This document shows positions 24,337-33,508 of a stretch of 40,223 bases of DNA, piece after piece. The notes beneath the pieces were generated by a model. That model was not told the origin of the DNA and ran no database searches. It saw nothing but the letters and a program-made list of their open reading frames with translations. The stretch comes from Chloroflexota bacterium (GTDB lineage: Bacteria; Chloroflexota; Limnocylindria; QHBO01), in assembly GCA_031370085.1 (NCBI GenBank), contig JANMPX010000246.1, forward strand, positions 1 to 40,223, given 5' to 3'. Every line of letters starts with the position of its first letter. The first letter of the stretch is position 1. A program made the position numbers and the translations under genes.

Positions 24337-26241
24337 ATGGTTGAGCCGATGGTCGACGAGCTGGGCCTGTTCGCCAAGGGGACGCATTCGCGCCCCTGGC
24401 AGCTGCTCGGCGCCCACCCGACCCTTCTTGGCGGACAGGACGGCGTGCGGTTCCGGGTATGGGCCCCCAATGCCCGCGGGGTCACCGTGGTCGGCGACTT
24501 CTGCGCCTGGGACGAGAAGCGCCTGCCGATGACGCTCATCCCGGGGACGGGCATCTGGGAGCGTTTCGTCCCCGACGCCGTGCCGGGTCAGCTCTACCAG
24601 TTCGCTGTCAGCGGAGCCGACGCGCGGACCCGCCGCAAGGCCGACCCCTACGGTCGTGCCATGCAGACGCCCCCCGGCCTTGCCTCGCGGATCGTGACCG
24701 ACGAGGCATGGGCGTGGACCGATCAGGCCTGGCTGGCGGCGCGAGCCACCGAGGATCCACATCGTCGGCCGATGCGCACCTACGAGGTCCACCTCGGCTC
24801 GTGGCGGCGCAGCGCCGGCGGGGAGCTGCTCACCTATCGCCAGCTGGCGCCGCTGCTGGCCGAGCATTGCCTCCGCTTCGGGTTCACCCACCTGGAGCTG
24901 CTGCCCATCGCCGAGCACCCGTTCGGCGGCTCATGGGGCTACCAGGTCTCCGGCTACTACGCCCCGACGTCGCGCTTCGGCACGCCCGATGACCTGCGTT
25001 TCATGGTCGACCACCTGCATGCTGCCGGCATCGGCGTCATCCTCGACTGGGTGCCCGCCCACTTCCCGCGCGACGAGCATGCGCTGTCGAGCTTCGACGG
25101 CACGCCGCTCTACGAGCACCCCGACCCACAGCGCGGCGAGCATCCGGACTGGGGAACCCTCGTCTTTGACTTCGGGCGACCGCAGGTACGCAACTTCCTC
25201 GTCGGCAACGCCTGCTACTGGCTGGAGGAGTTCCACTTCGACGGCCTGCGAGTCGATGCCGTCGCGTCGATGCTCTACCTTGATTACTCACGCAAGGCCG
25301 GGGAGTGGACGCCCAATCGGCTCGGCGGGAACGAGAACCTCGAGGCGATCGGCTTCATTCGCGAACTCAATCAGCGGGTCCACCGATCGGCGCCGGGCGC
25401 GATCTGCATCGCGGAAGAGTCGACCGCCTTCCCGGGCGTCACCCGGCCCGCTGCCGACGGAGGCCTGGGCTTCGACCTCAAGTGGGACCTGGGGTGGATG
25501 CACGACACATTGGCCTACTTCCGCCGGACGCCTGGGCAACGCTGGCGTGATCGCGGCCACCTGACCTTCCGCAGCGTCTACCTCGCCTCGGAGCGATGGG
25601 TGCTTCCGCTCTCACATGACGAGGTCGTGCATCTCAAGCGCTCGCTCCTCGGAAAGATGCCCGGCCAATCAGCTCAACAGTTCGCCAGTCTCCGCTCGCT
25701 GCTGGCCAACCAGGTGGGGCAGGTCGGCAAGAAGCTCCTCTTCATGGGCACCGAGCTGGCGCCGGCCGGCGAATGGAATCACGACCTGCCACTCGACTGG
25801 GAGGCGGCAGCGGCCGATCCCCTCCGCGCGGGCATCGCCGCGCTGGTGGAGGATCTCGGTGCGCTCTATCTCTCGTCTCCGGCGCTGTGGGAGGGAGACC
25901 CGGACGCCGAAGGCTTCGGCTGGATCGACGCCAAGCGGTCGACCGATCCATCGGTGGTCGCCTGGCTGCGGCGTGCTGGCGGGACACGACAGCCAGCGCA
26001 GCTGATGGTGGTGGTCCAGAACGGTGCCGCCTCGGCGCGCCACGGGTACCGGTTGGGCCTGCCGTCGGGCGGCACGTGGGAGGAGCTCCTCAATACCGAT
26101 TCAACCCGCTACGGCGGCACCCAGGCCGAGCGTCACCGACCGGTGGCCGCCGAGTCGATTCCGTGGGGCGGCCAGCCGTTTTCAGTCGAGGTCAGCATTC
26201 CAGCCCTCGGCACCATCTTCCTGGGGCCCTCGACGCCCTAG
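24337..26241 (+). CDS. glgB: 1,4-alpha-glucan branching enzyme (GH13), short-N-terminus form
   Basis: GH13 regions: GVILDWVPAHFPRD, FDGLRVDAVASMLY, CIAEESTAFPGV, LSHDEVVH. Confidence 0.95.
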   Translation: MVEPMVDELGLFAKGTHSRPWQLLGAHPTLLGGQDGVRFRVWAPNARGVTVVGDFCAWDEKRLPMTLIPGTGIWERFVPDAVPGQLYQFAVSGADARTRRKADPYGRAMQTPPGLASRIVTDEAWAWTDQAWLAARATEDPHRRPMRTYEVHLGSWRRSAGGELLTYRQLAPLLAEHCLRFGFTHLELLPIAEHPFGGSWGYQVSGYYAPTSRFGTPDDLRFMVDHLHAAGIGVILDWVPAHFPRDEHALSSFDGTPLYEHPDPQRGEHPDWGTLVFDFGRPQVRNFLVGNACYWLEEFHFDGLRVDAVASMLYLDYSRKAGEWTPNRLGGNENLEAIGFIRELNQRVHRSAPGAICIAEESTAFPGVTRPAADGGLGFDLKWDLGWMHDTLAYFRRTPGQRWRDRGHLTFRSVYLASERWVLPLSHDEVVHLKRSLLGKMPGQSAQQFASLRSLLANQVGQVGKKLLFMGTELAPAGEWNHDLPLDWEAAAADPLRAGIAALVEDLGALYLSSPALWEGDPDAEGFGWIDAKRSTDPSVVAWLRRAGGTRQPAQLMVVVQNGAASARHGYRLGLPSGGTWEELLNTDSTRYGGTQAERHRPVAAESIPWGGQPFSVEVSIPALGTIFLGPSTP

Positions 26242-26252
26242 TCCCGCCCCCG

Positions 26253-28232
26253 TCAGCGCGACATCGCCAACAGGACCACGCTGCGACCGCCGACGCTGCC
26301 CGAAGACGGCGTGCCCATCCGTGGCGCCTGGCGGAGATTCGTGTCCACAAGGACATGCCACGCCCCGGCAGGATCCGCCGGAAGCTGGATCTGCGCCGGT
26401 TCATCGAGCGGGTTGAGGCACAGCAGCAGCGCCACGTCGGGACCCTCCTCAGTGTCGGCGGCGCGCTGGATCAAGGTCAGGGGGTGATCCGCGGTCAACG
26501 TCCATGCACCGTCAAGCAACAGGGGGTGCTCCCTGCGGAGCGCCACCAGCTTCGACACGAAGGTGACCAGCGGAGGCTGACCGGGACGGGTGCGCCAGTT
26601 CACCCAGCTCAGCTCGTTGTCCTGCGAGTAGGCGTTGTTGTTACCGCGCTGGGTCCGCCCCAGCTCGTCGCCCGCCAGCAACATGGCGGCACCCCGGGAG
26701 AGCAGCAGCGTCGCCAGCAGTGCCCGTCGCTGGCGATCCCGGAGGTCGAGAATGCCCGGATCGTCGGTCTCGCCCTCGACCCCGAAGTTGAGCGAGTCGT
26801 TCTCGTCCTCTCCGTCGCCGTTGTCCTCGTGGTTCACCTGGTTATGCTTCTCGACGTAGCTCACCAGGTCGTGCAGCGTAAAGCCATCATGGGCGGTCAC
26901 GTAGTTGACCGATACCCTCGCGCCGCCGCCATCCAGCCCAAAGAGGTCTGCTGAACCCGCAAGGCGCTCCGGCAGGTCAGCCGCCGATGCCTCGGCCCCT
27001 GCCCAGAAGCGGCGCACCGTGTCGCGGTAGCGACCATTCCATTCGCTCCACGCCGGGGGGAACTCGCTCAGGCGATAGCCGTCCGGGCCGAGGTCCCACG
27101 GCTCGGCGATGAGCTTCAACCGGCTGAGGAGCGGATCGGCTTCGATCGCCGCGAAGAGCGGAGCGTCGGCCGAGAACCCGTCGACCGTACGGCCAAGGGT
27201 GGTAGCCAGGTCAAAGCGGAAACCGTCAACGCCGTACTCGACGGCAAAGGTGCGGAGACTGTCCAGCACCAGCCGCACGACGGCTGGATGGGTTGCGTCG
27301 AGCGTGTTGCCGGTACCCGCATCGTCGCGATATCGGCGCAGGTCGGATGGGTCGAGCCGATAGTAGGCGGCGTTGTCGATCCCGCGGAATGCGACCGTCG
27401 GGCCGTGCTCATCGCCCTCCCCGGTGTGGTTGTAGACCACGTCCAGGAGCACCTCAAGGCCGGCGAGATGGAGGCTGCGGATGGCGTCGCGCAGCTCCTG
27501 CCGCGGATCATCGCTCGCCGCAAACCGAGGGTCGGGCGCCAGGAAGGCGATGGTGTTGTACCCCCAGTAGTCGGTGAGCCCGTGCTCGAGCAGGAAGCGG
27601 CGTGACAGCTGCTGCTGCACCGGCAGCAGCTCGATCGCGGTGACCCCCAGTGCATGCAGATGGGCGATCACCGCCGGATGCGCCAGGCCGGCATAGGTCC
27701 CGCGCAGCGCCGGAGGCAGATCCGGATGAAGCCTCGTCAGACTCTTGACGTGGAGCTCGTAGATCACCGATCTGCTGAACGGGGTGCCCGGTCTCTCGGC
27801 TTCGTCAATCGGGCTGAACGCCGCAGCGACCACGCACTTGGGAGTGAACGGCGCCGAGTCCCGGTCGTCACGCGGGAGGCCTGCGTGGCCGGCACCGTCG
27901 AGATGACCGAAGTGCTCCTCTCGCAAGCGGATCGGTCCCTCGATGAGCCTGGCGTAGGGATCGAGCAGCAGCTTCGCAGGGTTGAACCGATGGCCAAGCT
28001 CCGGCTCATACGGTCCGTGCACCCGGTAGCCGTAGCGCTGCCCCGCCCCGGCGTCCGCCACCATCAAAAACCAGACGTCCCCTGCGCCGCGCTGCATGTC
28101 AAGGTGATACTCGCTCCCGTCGGGGTGGAAGAGGCAGAGCTCCACCGCTTCGGCGTGCTCGCTCCACAACCCGAAGCTGGTGCCGGCCGCGTCAGGCGTC
28201 GCGCCCAGTGGCGCGGAGGAACGGGCTGTCAC
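26253..28232 (-). CDS. glgX: Glycogen debranching enzyme / isoamylase (GH13)
   Basis: Motifs: VLLDVVYNHTGEG, GVDGFRFDLATTLG, LIAEPWD, YVTAHDGFTLHD. Confidence 0.9.
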   Translation of the reverse strand: MTARSSAPLGATPDAAGTSFGLWSEHAEAVELCLFHPDGSEYHLDMQRGAGDVWFLMVADAGAGQRYGYRVHGPYEPELGHRFNPAKLLLDPYARLIEGPIRLREEHFGHLDGAGHAGLPRDDRDSAPFTPKCVVAAAFSPIDEAERPGTPFSRSVIYELHVKSLTRLHPDLPPALRGTYAGLAHPAVIAHLHALGVTAIELLPVQQQLSRRFLLEHGLTDYWGYNTIAFLAPDPRFAASDDPRQELRDAIRSLHLAGLEVLLDVVYNHTGEGDEHGPTVAFRGIDNAAYYRLDPSDLRRYRDDAGTGNTLDATHPAVVRLVLDSLRTFAVEYGVDGFRFDLATTLGRTVDGFSADAPLFAAIEADPLLSRLKLIAEPWDLGPDGYRLSEFPPAWSEWNGRYRDTVRRFWAGAEASAADLPERLAGSADLFGLDGGGARVSVNYVTAHDGFTLHDLVSYVEKHNQVNHEDNGDGEDENDSLNFGVEGETDDPGILDLRDRQRRALLATLLLSRGAAMLLAGDELGRTQRGNNNAYSQDNELSWVNWRTRPGQPPLVTFVSKLVALRREHPLLLDGAWTLTADHPLTLIQRAADTEEGPDVALLLCLNPLDEPAQIQLPADPAGAWHVLVDTNLRQAPRMGTPSSGSVGGRSVVLLAMSR

Positions 28233-28239
28233 CTCCGGG

Positions 28240-30321
28240 TCAGCCGTCGAGCGGTCGCAGGGTGAAGACGCGGTACGGCAGCCGCGCCGGGTCGAGCTCG
28301 ACCGGCAGGTCCGCCCCGCGCAGCCTTCGCGTGCGCCCGGTCAGGAGATCGACCATCCGGTACGGCTCATCCCAGCCGATCCCGACGGCCGGCAGATCGG
28401 GATGCAGGATGGCACGCTCCGAGACCCGCATGCCGCAGTTCACGGCCACGTAGACCGGCGCTCGCCAGCGGCTGGGGAACCCGGTGAGTGGGTCCACCTC
28501 GCCGGCCGGGAGGGCCTTGCGATAGAACAGGACCTCCTCGCCGGTGGCCTCCTCGAACCGCAGATTGTCGTACCGCTGCAGGGCATCCCACTCGTGGCGC
28601 ACGCGGTTAAGCCCCGTGATCAGCGGCTTGATGTTCCCGGGGGCATCCCAGTCCCGCGCCCTGATCTCGTATTTCTCGCTGCGGGCGTACTCCTCGCGGT
28701 CCTCCAGCCGTCCCTGCTCGCACAGCTCGAAGCCCGAATAAATGCCCCACGCCGGCGCGAGCGTGGCGGCCAGCACCGCGCGCACCGCGAAAGCAGGGCG
28801 CCCCAGGTCGAGATGATGCGGGTTTATATCCGGCGTGTTCGGCCATAGGTTGGCTCGGAAGTACTCGCGCATCTCGCTGGTGGTGAGCTCCGCGAGGTAT
28901 TCGCGCAGCTCGTCGCGGGTCTCGCGCCAGGTGAAATAGCTGTAGCTCTGGCTGAATCCGATCTTGGCCAAGGCTTGCATCATCTTCGGCTTGGTGAATG
29001 CCTCCGCCAGGAAGATGACCTCAGGATGCTGGCGCTGGACCGCGTGGATCAACCAGCTCCAGAACGGCAGCGGCTTGGTGTGCGGATTGTCGACCCGAAA
29101 GATGCGCACCCCGCGCTCCACCCAGGTCAGTACGACATCGAGCCAGACCTGCCAGAGCGCTGCGCGGGCGGCCGCGTCGTCAGCGCTGAAATCAAGCGGA
29201 TAGATGTCTTCGTAGCGCTTGGGCGGGTTCTCGGCGTAGCGAATCACGCCGTCGGGGGTGCGGCGGTACCAGTCGGGATGGGCCGTCACCCACGGGTGAT
29301 CGGGCGACGTCTGCAACGCCAGGTCGAGCGCGATCTCCATGCCGAGCTTTTCCGCAGCCCGTCGGAAGTGGGCAAACGCAGCAAGCCCCCCGAGCTCGGC
29401 GGCGACGGCGGTGTGTCCACCCTCGGAAGAGCCGATCGCCCAGGGCGATCCTGGCTCGCCTTGCGTGCCCGATAGGGCGTTGTTGCGCCCTTTGCGGTTC
29501 GTCGTTCCGATGGGGTGCAGCGGCGGCAGGTAGACAACGTCGAAGCCCATCGCCGCGATCCCCGGCAGTCGCCACTCGGCCTCCCGCAGGGTGGTCGCTG
29601 TCGGGTGAGCCGGATCGCGTCCCTGCGAACGCGGAAAGAGCTCGTACCAGGCGGAAAATCGGGCACGCTCGCGGTCGACCACCAGCGGAAGCTCGCGATA
29701 CCGCGTGGCGGCGCCGCGATCCGGATGACGCCTGGCCGCGGCAATGACCGGCTCCGCGGTCAGGAGGGAGATGCGCGTCGCTGCCGCGCGTGCCCGACCG
29801 AATCCGGCCAGGGCTGCGCGAAGGATTGCTGCATCCTCGTCGTCGGCGCGCGCCAGGGCGGCCTGCAGCAGCTGTCGTCCCTCCGGTAGCTCGTCCTCGA
29901 CTGGCATGCCGGCGGCCAGCCGCTTGGCGACCCCCATTGCCCACGAGCCGACCTGGTCCGGCCACGCCTCAATCGTGTACCGCTGCCGGCCGATCGCGAG
30001 CAGCTCCATCGCGCCGCTCCACCGGTCGTTGTCGATGAGACGCATCGGGGCCTCGCGCCAACCACCCTCCGATTCCGGGGCCAGGCGCAGCACGGCCGCG
30101 AGTGAGCCGTGACCGGAGGCGAAGATGTCGGCGGTGACCCGCAGCTCGTCGCCGACGACTCGCTTGACGGGGTGCCGTCCACCATCGAGCTCTGGGTCGA
30201 CCCGCTCGATCACGATCTCGCCGCGCGCTCCGACCACCGGGGCGTCCGGCTCGTCGGCGGAGGGAGAGGAGGCCAGCGCCGCGCCGGCGGCGCGCTTGAG
30301 GCTCGATCTGGTGGTGGTCAT
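28240..30321 (-). CDS. glgE: Alpha-1,4-glucan:maltose-1-phosphate maltosyltransferase
   Basis: GlgE-type N-terminus: IVIERVDPELDGGRHPVKRVVGDELRVTADIF. GH13_3 core: ALDLALQTSPDHPW, GVRIFRVDNPHTKP, IFLAEAFT. Confidence 0.9.
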   Translation of the reverse strand: MTTTRSSLKRAAGAALASSPSADEPDAPVVGARGEIVIERVDPELDGGRHPVKRVVGDELRVTADIFASGHGSLAAVLRLAPESEGGWREAPMRLIDNDRWSGAMELLAIGRQRYTIEAWPDQVGSWAMGVAKRLAAGMPVEDELPEGRQLLQAALARADDEDAAILRAALAGFGRARAAATRISLLTAEPVIAAARRHPDRGAATRYRELPLVVDRERARFSAWYELFPRSQGRDPAHPTATTLREAEWRLPGIAAMGFDVVYLPPLHPIGTTNRKGRNNALSGTQGEPGSPWAIGSSEGGHTAVAAELGGLAAFAHFRRAAEKLGMEIALDLALQTSPDHPWVTAHPDWYRRTPDGVIRYAENPPKRYEDIYPLDFSADDAAARAALWQVWLDVVLTWVERGVRIFRVDNPHTKPLPFWSWLIHAVQRQHPEVIFLAEAFTKPKMMQALAKIGFSQSYSYFTWRETRDELREYLAELTTSEMREYFRANLWPNTPDINPHHLDLGRPAFAVRAVLAATLAPAWGIYSGFELCEQGRLEDREEYARSEKYEIRARDWDAPGNIKPLITGLNRVRHEWDALQRYDNLRFEEATGEEVLFYRKALPAGEVDPLTGFPSRWRAPVYVAVNCGMRVSERAILHPDLPAVGIGWDEPYRMVDLLTGRTRRLRGADLPVELDPARLPYRVFTLRPLDG

Positions 30322-30378
30322 TGGCGGTCGCGCAACCGTAGCGCATCGGGCCGGGCCAGCGCGTCGCCGGTTCGGGGT

Positions 30379-30387
30379 TGCTAGGCT
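30379..30387 (+). promoter_or_regulatory. Candidate extended -10 (TGCTAGGCT) placed 6 nt upstream of the sugar-dehydrogenase ATG (leaderless-type arrangement)
   Basis: The plus strand reads gtTGCTAGGCTttcgacATG. No Shine-Dalgarno is present. Confidence 0.35.
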
Positions 30388-30393
30388 TTCGAC

Positions 30394-31671
30394 ATGCTTC
30401 GACGTCGGGCTGCAATAGTGTCGCCGGCACTGATCCTGGTGCTGACGCTGCTGACCGCCTGCTCCAGCCCGATCGAATCACCTGCGCCGTCAGACGGCAG
30501 CTCGGTGCCGAACGTCACGCCCGGCGCCTCGGCAAGCGTGGAGCAAACCCGGCCAGGCTCCAGCAACCCGCCACTGGTGACCGGGCCCGATCGCCTGCAC
30601 CTCGAGACCCTGGTCAGTGGCCTCGATCACCCGATCGGCATCGGCCAGGCCGGCGACGGAAGCGGGCGCCTGTTCATCAACGAGCAGGCAGGTCTGGTTC
30701 GGGTCGTGCGTTCCGACGGGACGTTGCTGGGCAGGCCGTTCGTGGACCTGCGCGACCGCGTGGAATCGGGCGGCGAGCGCGGCCTGCTGGGGGTCGCCTT
30801 TCACCCCGATTTCTCCCGCAACCGGCGGCTCTTCGTGGACTACACCCGCCGCGGAGACGGCGCGACGATCGTCTCGGAGCTGAGCGCATCACCCGACGGC
30901 ACGACGGCCGACCCCGCCTCCGAGCGCGTGCTTCTGACCGTCGCCCAGCCGTATGCCAATCACAATGGCGGCCAGATCGCATTCGGGCCCGATGGTTACC
31001 TGTATATCGGCCTCGGCGACGGCGGCTCGGGCGGCGATCCGCACGGCAACGCCCAGAGCCTCCAGGCGCTGCTCGGCAAGATCCTGCGCATCGACGTGAA
31101 CGGGGCTCGCGTGGACGGCAGGCCCTACGCCATTCCGGCCGACAACCCGTTCGCATCGGGCGGCCTGCGGCCGGGCGGCGGCCTGCCGGAGATCTGGGCG
31201 TACGGTCTCCGCAATCCGTGGCGCTTCAGCTTCGACCGCGAGTGGGGCGACCTGTACATCGGTGACGTGGGGCAGGGTGCCTGGGAGGAGATCGATCGAC
31301 AGCCAGGCGACTCGCGAGGCGGTGAGAACTACGGCTGGCCCGTGATGGAAGGCCGTCACTGCTACAGCGGCCAGTGCAACCAGTCAGGCTTCGTGAGGCC
31401 GATCGCCGAGTACTCCCACAGCGAGGGCTGTTCGGTGACCGGCGGCTACGTCTATCGCGGCGCGCGGCAGCCCGCACTGCTGGGCGTCTACGTCTTCGCT
31501 GATTACTGCTCCGGGACCATCTTCAGCCTCCAGGTGGACGAGGGCACCATCACACCCAAGTCGGTGGCGGTGAGCGGTCGGAACGTCACCTCCTTCGGGG
31601 AGGGCGAGGACGGCGAGATCTACCTGGTGGCGACAGATGGCACCCTGTCGCGCCTGGTGGTCGGCGGATGA
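30394..31671 (+). CDS. PQQ-dependent soluble sugar (aldose) dehydrogenase, beta-propeller, lipoprotein
   Basis: Lipobox LLTAC. Motifs: GLLGVAFHPDF, NHNGGQIAFGPDGYLYIGLGDGG, GLRNPWRFSFD, GDVGQGAWEEI. Confidence 0.85.
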   Translation: MLRRRAAIVSPALILVLTLLTACSSPIESPAPSDGSSVPNVTPGASASVEQTRPGSSNPPLVTGPDRLHLETLVSGLDHPIGIGQAGDGSGRLFINEQAGLVRVVRSDGTLLGRPFVDLRDRVESGGERGLLGVAFHPDFSRNRRLFVDYTRRGDGATIVSELSASPDGTTADPASERVLLTVAQPYANHNGGQIAFGPDGYLYIGLGDGGSGGDPHGNAQSLQALLGKILRIDVNGARVDGRPYAIPADNPFASGGLRPGGGLPEIWAYGLRNPWRFSFDREWGDLYIGDVGQGAWEEIDRQPGDSRGGENYGWPVMEGRHCYSGQCNQSGFVRPIAEYSHSEGCSVTGGYVYRGARQPALLGVYVFADYCSGTIFSLQVDEGTITPKSVAVSGRNVTSFGEGEDGEIYLVATDGTLSRLVVGG

Positions 31672-31680
31672 GCCGATCGA

Positions 31681-32367
31681 TCACAGCGCACCGAGCGCGC
31701 GCAGGCTGACCCAGCGGCCTCTTCCGATCACCAGGTGATCCAGCAGCTCGATGTCGAGCAGCCGTCCGGCCTGGGCCAGGTCCCCCGTGATGCGCAGGTC
31801 CTCGGCCGACGGGGCCGGGTCGCCCGACGGATGGTTATGAGCGACCACGACGCTGGCCGCCTGCCTGCGAACCGCCTCGCGAAACACCTCGCCCACCCGC
31901 ACCGAAGAGCCGGCCAGGTTGCCGACATAGACGGTGACCATGGCGATCACCGTGTTCTTGGTGGTGAGCAGGACGACGCGGAGCTCCTCTCTCTCCAGAT
32001 GCGCCATGGCGGGGAGCAGTCGTTCCGCCAGGTCGGTTGGCGCCCGGACCTGCCAGCGTGGCAGCGGGAGCGCACACGCGACTCGCCGCCCCAGCTCGAC
32101 GGCCGCCAGCAGCGCCGCCGCGCGCCGGACGCCGAGCGGCCCGAGCTCGCTGAAATCGGTGGTCGCCAGGCCGGCCAGGCCGCCGTGCTGGGCGAGCACC
32201 TCGCGCGCCACCTGAAGGCGATCGACGCCACCGATCACCGCTGCGAGCAGCTCGTCGTCCCGGCAGGCGGCGGGGCCGAGTCGTTGCATCGTCGCCGCGA
32301 CGAGATCGGTGGAGCGCTGGCGCGACGCGATCTGCTCGAGGGGAGATGGCGGGACGGTGACGCTCAC
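31681..32367 (-). CDS. radC: RadC-family JAB/MPN domain protein (UPF0758)
   Basis: JAMM motif AHNHPSGDPAPSAEDLRIT. Helix-hairpin-helix-like N-terminus. GTG start. Confidence 0.85.
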   Translation of the reverse strand: MSVTVPPSPLEQIASRQRSTDLVAATMQRLGPAACRDDELLAAVIGGVDRLQVAREVLAQHGGLAGLATTDFSELGPLGVRRAAALLAAVELGRRVACALPLPRWQVRAPTDLAERLLPAMAHLEREELRVVLLTTKNTVIAMVTVYVGNLAGSSVRVGEVFREAVRRQAASVVVAHNHPSGDPAPSAEDLRITGDLAQAGRLLDIELLDHLVIGRGRWVSLRALGAL

Positions 32368-32373
32368 GAGTCG

Positions 32374-32379
32374 GCAGGC
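32374..32379 (-). promoter_or_regulatory. Candidate -10 hexamer TAGCCT placed 6 nt upstream of the radC GTG (leaderless-type arrangement)
   Basis: The minus strand reads gccggcTAGCCTgccgacGTG. No Shine-Dalgarno is present. Confidence 0.3.
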
Positions 32380-32422
32380 TAGCCGGCGGCGGTGATCGGT
32401 CGCTTACCCGCGGCTTAGCGGA

Positions 32423-33508
32423 TCAGGTCGGCAGGCGGAGGACCCCCAGCCGGTCCAGCAGCGCGATGCCCACCGAGATCGCGTTGAAGCCGGCGTGCAT
32501 GGCGATCGACGCAGGAAGGCTGCGCGTTCGGCGATACACCAGGGCAAGCCCAATCCCCAGCGCGAAGATCGGCACCAGGGCAAAGATGGAGGCGTGAATG
32601 GCGGCGAAGAGAGCGGCTGACCCGTAGAGCGCCACTCGAGGCCCGCGTTCGCGCTCCCAGATGTTGTAAACCACGCCGCGGAAGAAGAACTCCTCGGCAA
32701 TCGGAGCCACGATCAGGAAGGCGACCAGGATCACCGTGGGATCACCGCGAGCCAGCACCTGGTCGGCGACTCCCGCCTCTTGATGCAGACCAATCCCCTC
32801 GAGCAGACGCGTTGCCAGCGCCGAGAGGGCGGTCGCCGCGATCCAGGCCGGGATGGCCATTCCCAGGCCGATCAGGACAAGGCGAACGGTCCCCTGGGCG
32901 GGTATCAGCCTCAGGCCGGCCAGGGCTCTCGGCAGAACCACCAGCGCACCGGCCACGATGAGCAGGCCGATCTGCGTCGAGGTCAGGAGCAGGAGCGTAC
33001 CCCCGATCGTCAGCGTGCCGCCGTTGACCAGGGCTGTCGCGTCGCCGGCCGCACCGAGCGACAGGATCGACGCCACGATCACCGCCAGCAGCAGCAGGAC
33101 AAAGACGGCCGGACCGCGGTAGCGCTCGGGGGCAAGCTGGCCGCGCACGATGACGGAGCGGACCGCATTCATCACCAGGCCGGCAACCAGCAGCAGACCT
33201 CCAAGGACGAGCAGCAGGGCGGGCCCGATCAGGCGCTCGAGTTCGGCGACCCCACCGGACAGCAGGTCCGCGTTGAGCGCAACGACCAGGGTGGGGAGGA
33301 CCAGACCCGTCGCGATGAACGCGATCGAGAGGAACTGCAGGACGCGATAACGGCCAAGGATGGTTGCCTCGGCCGCGGAGGAGTCGCCCTCAGACGGGAC
33401 GAGCGGAGGCTCGATCAGGCCGGGATCGTCCACCGGCCGCCGCGGATCAGGGGTTGGTGGCGCCGCGGAACCCGGTCGGCTCGGGCGCAAGCTCGCCGGG
33501 CCGCTCAT
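32423..33508 (-). CDS. CPBP-family (CAAX/Abi-type) intramembrane glutamic metalloprotease
   Basis: Motifs: APIAEEFFFRGVVY (EExxxR), AALFAAIHA (FxxxH), AMHAGFN, in a polytopic membrane protein. The ATG at 33508 overlaps the upstream gene by 62 nt. An alternative GTG at 33433 would remove the overlap. Confidence 0.75.
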   Translation of the reverse strand: MSGPASLRPSRPGSAAPPTPDPRRPVDDPGLIEPPLVPSEGDSSAAEATILGRYRVLQFLSIAFIATGLVLPTLVVALNADLLSGGVAELERLIGPALLLVLGGLLLVAGLVMNAVRSVIVRGQLAPERYRGPAVFVLLLLAVIVASILSLGAAGDATALVNGGTLTIGGTLLLLTSTQIGLLIVAGALVVLPRALAGLRLIPAQGTVRLVLIGLGMAIPAWIAATALSALATRLLEGIGLHQEAGVADQVLARGDPTVILVAFLIVAPIAEEFFFRGVVYNIWERERGPRVALYGSAALFAAIHASIFALVPIFALGIGLALVYRRTRSLPASIAMHAGFNAISVGIALLDRLGVLRLPT

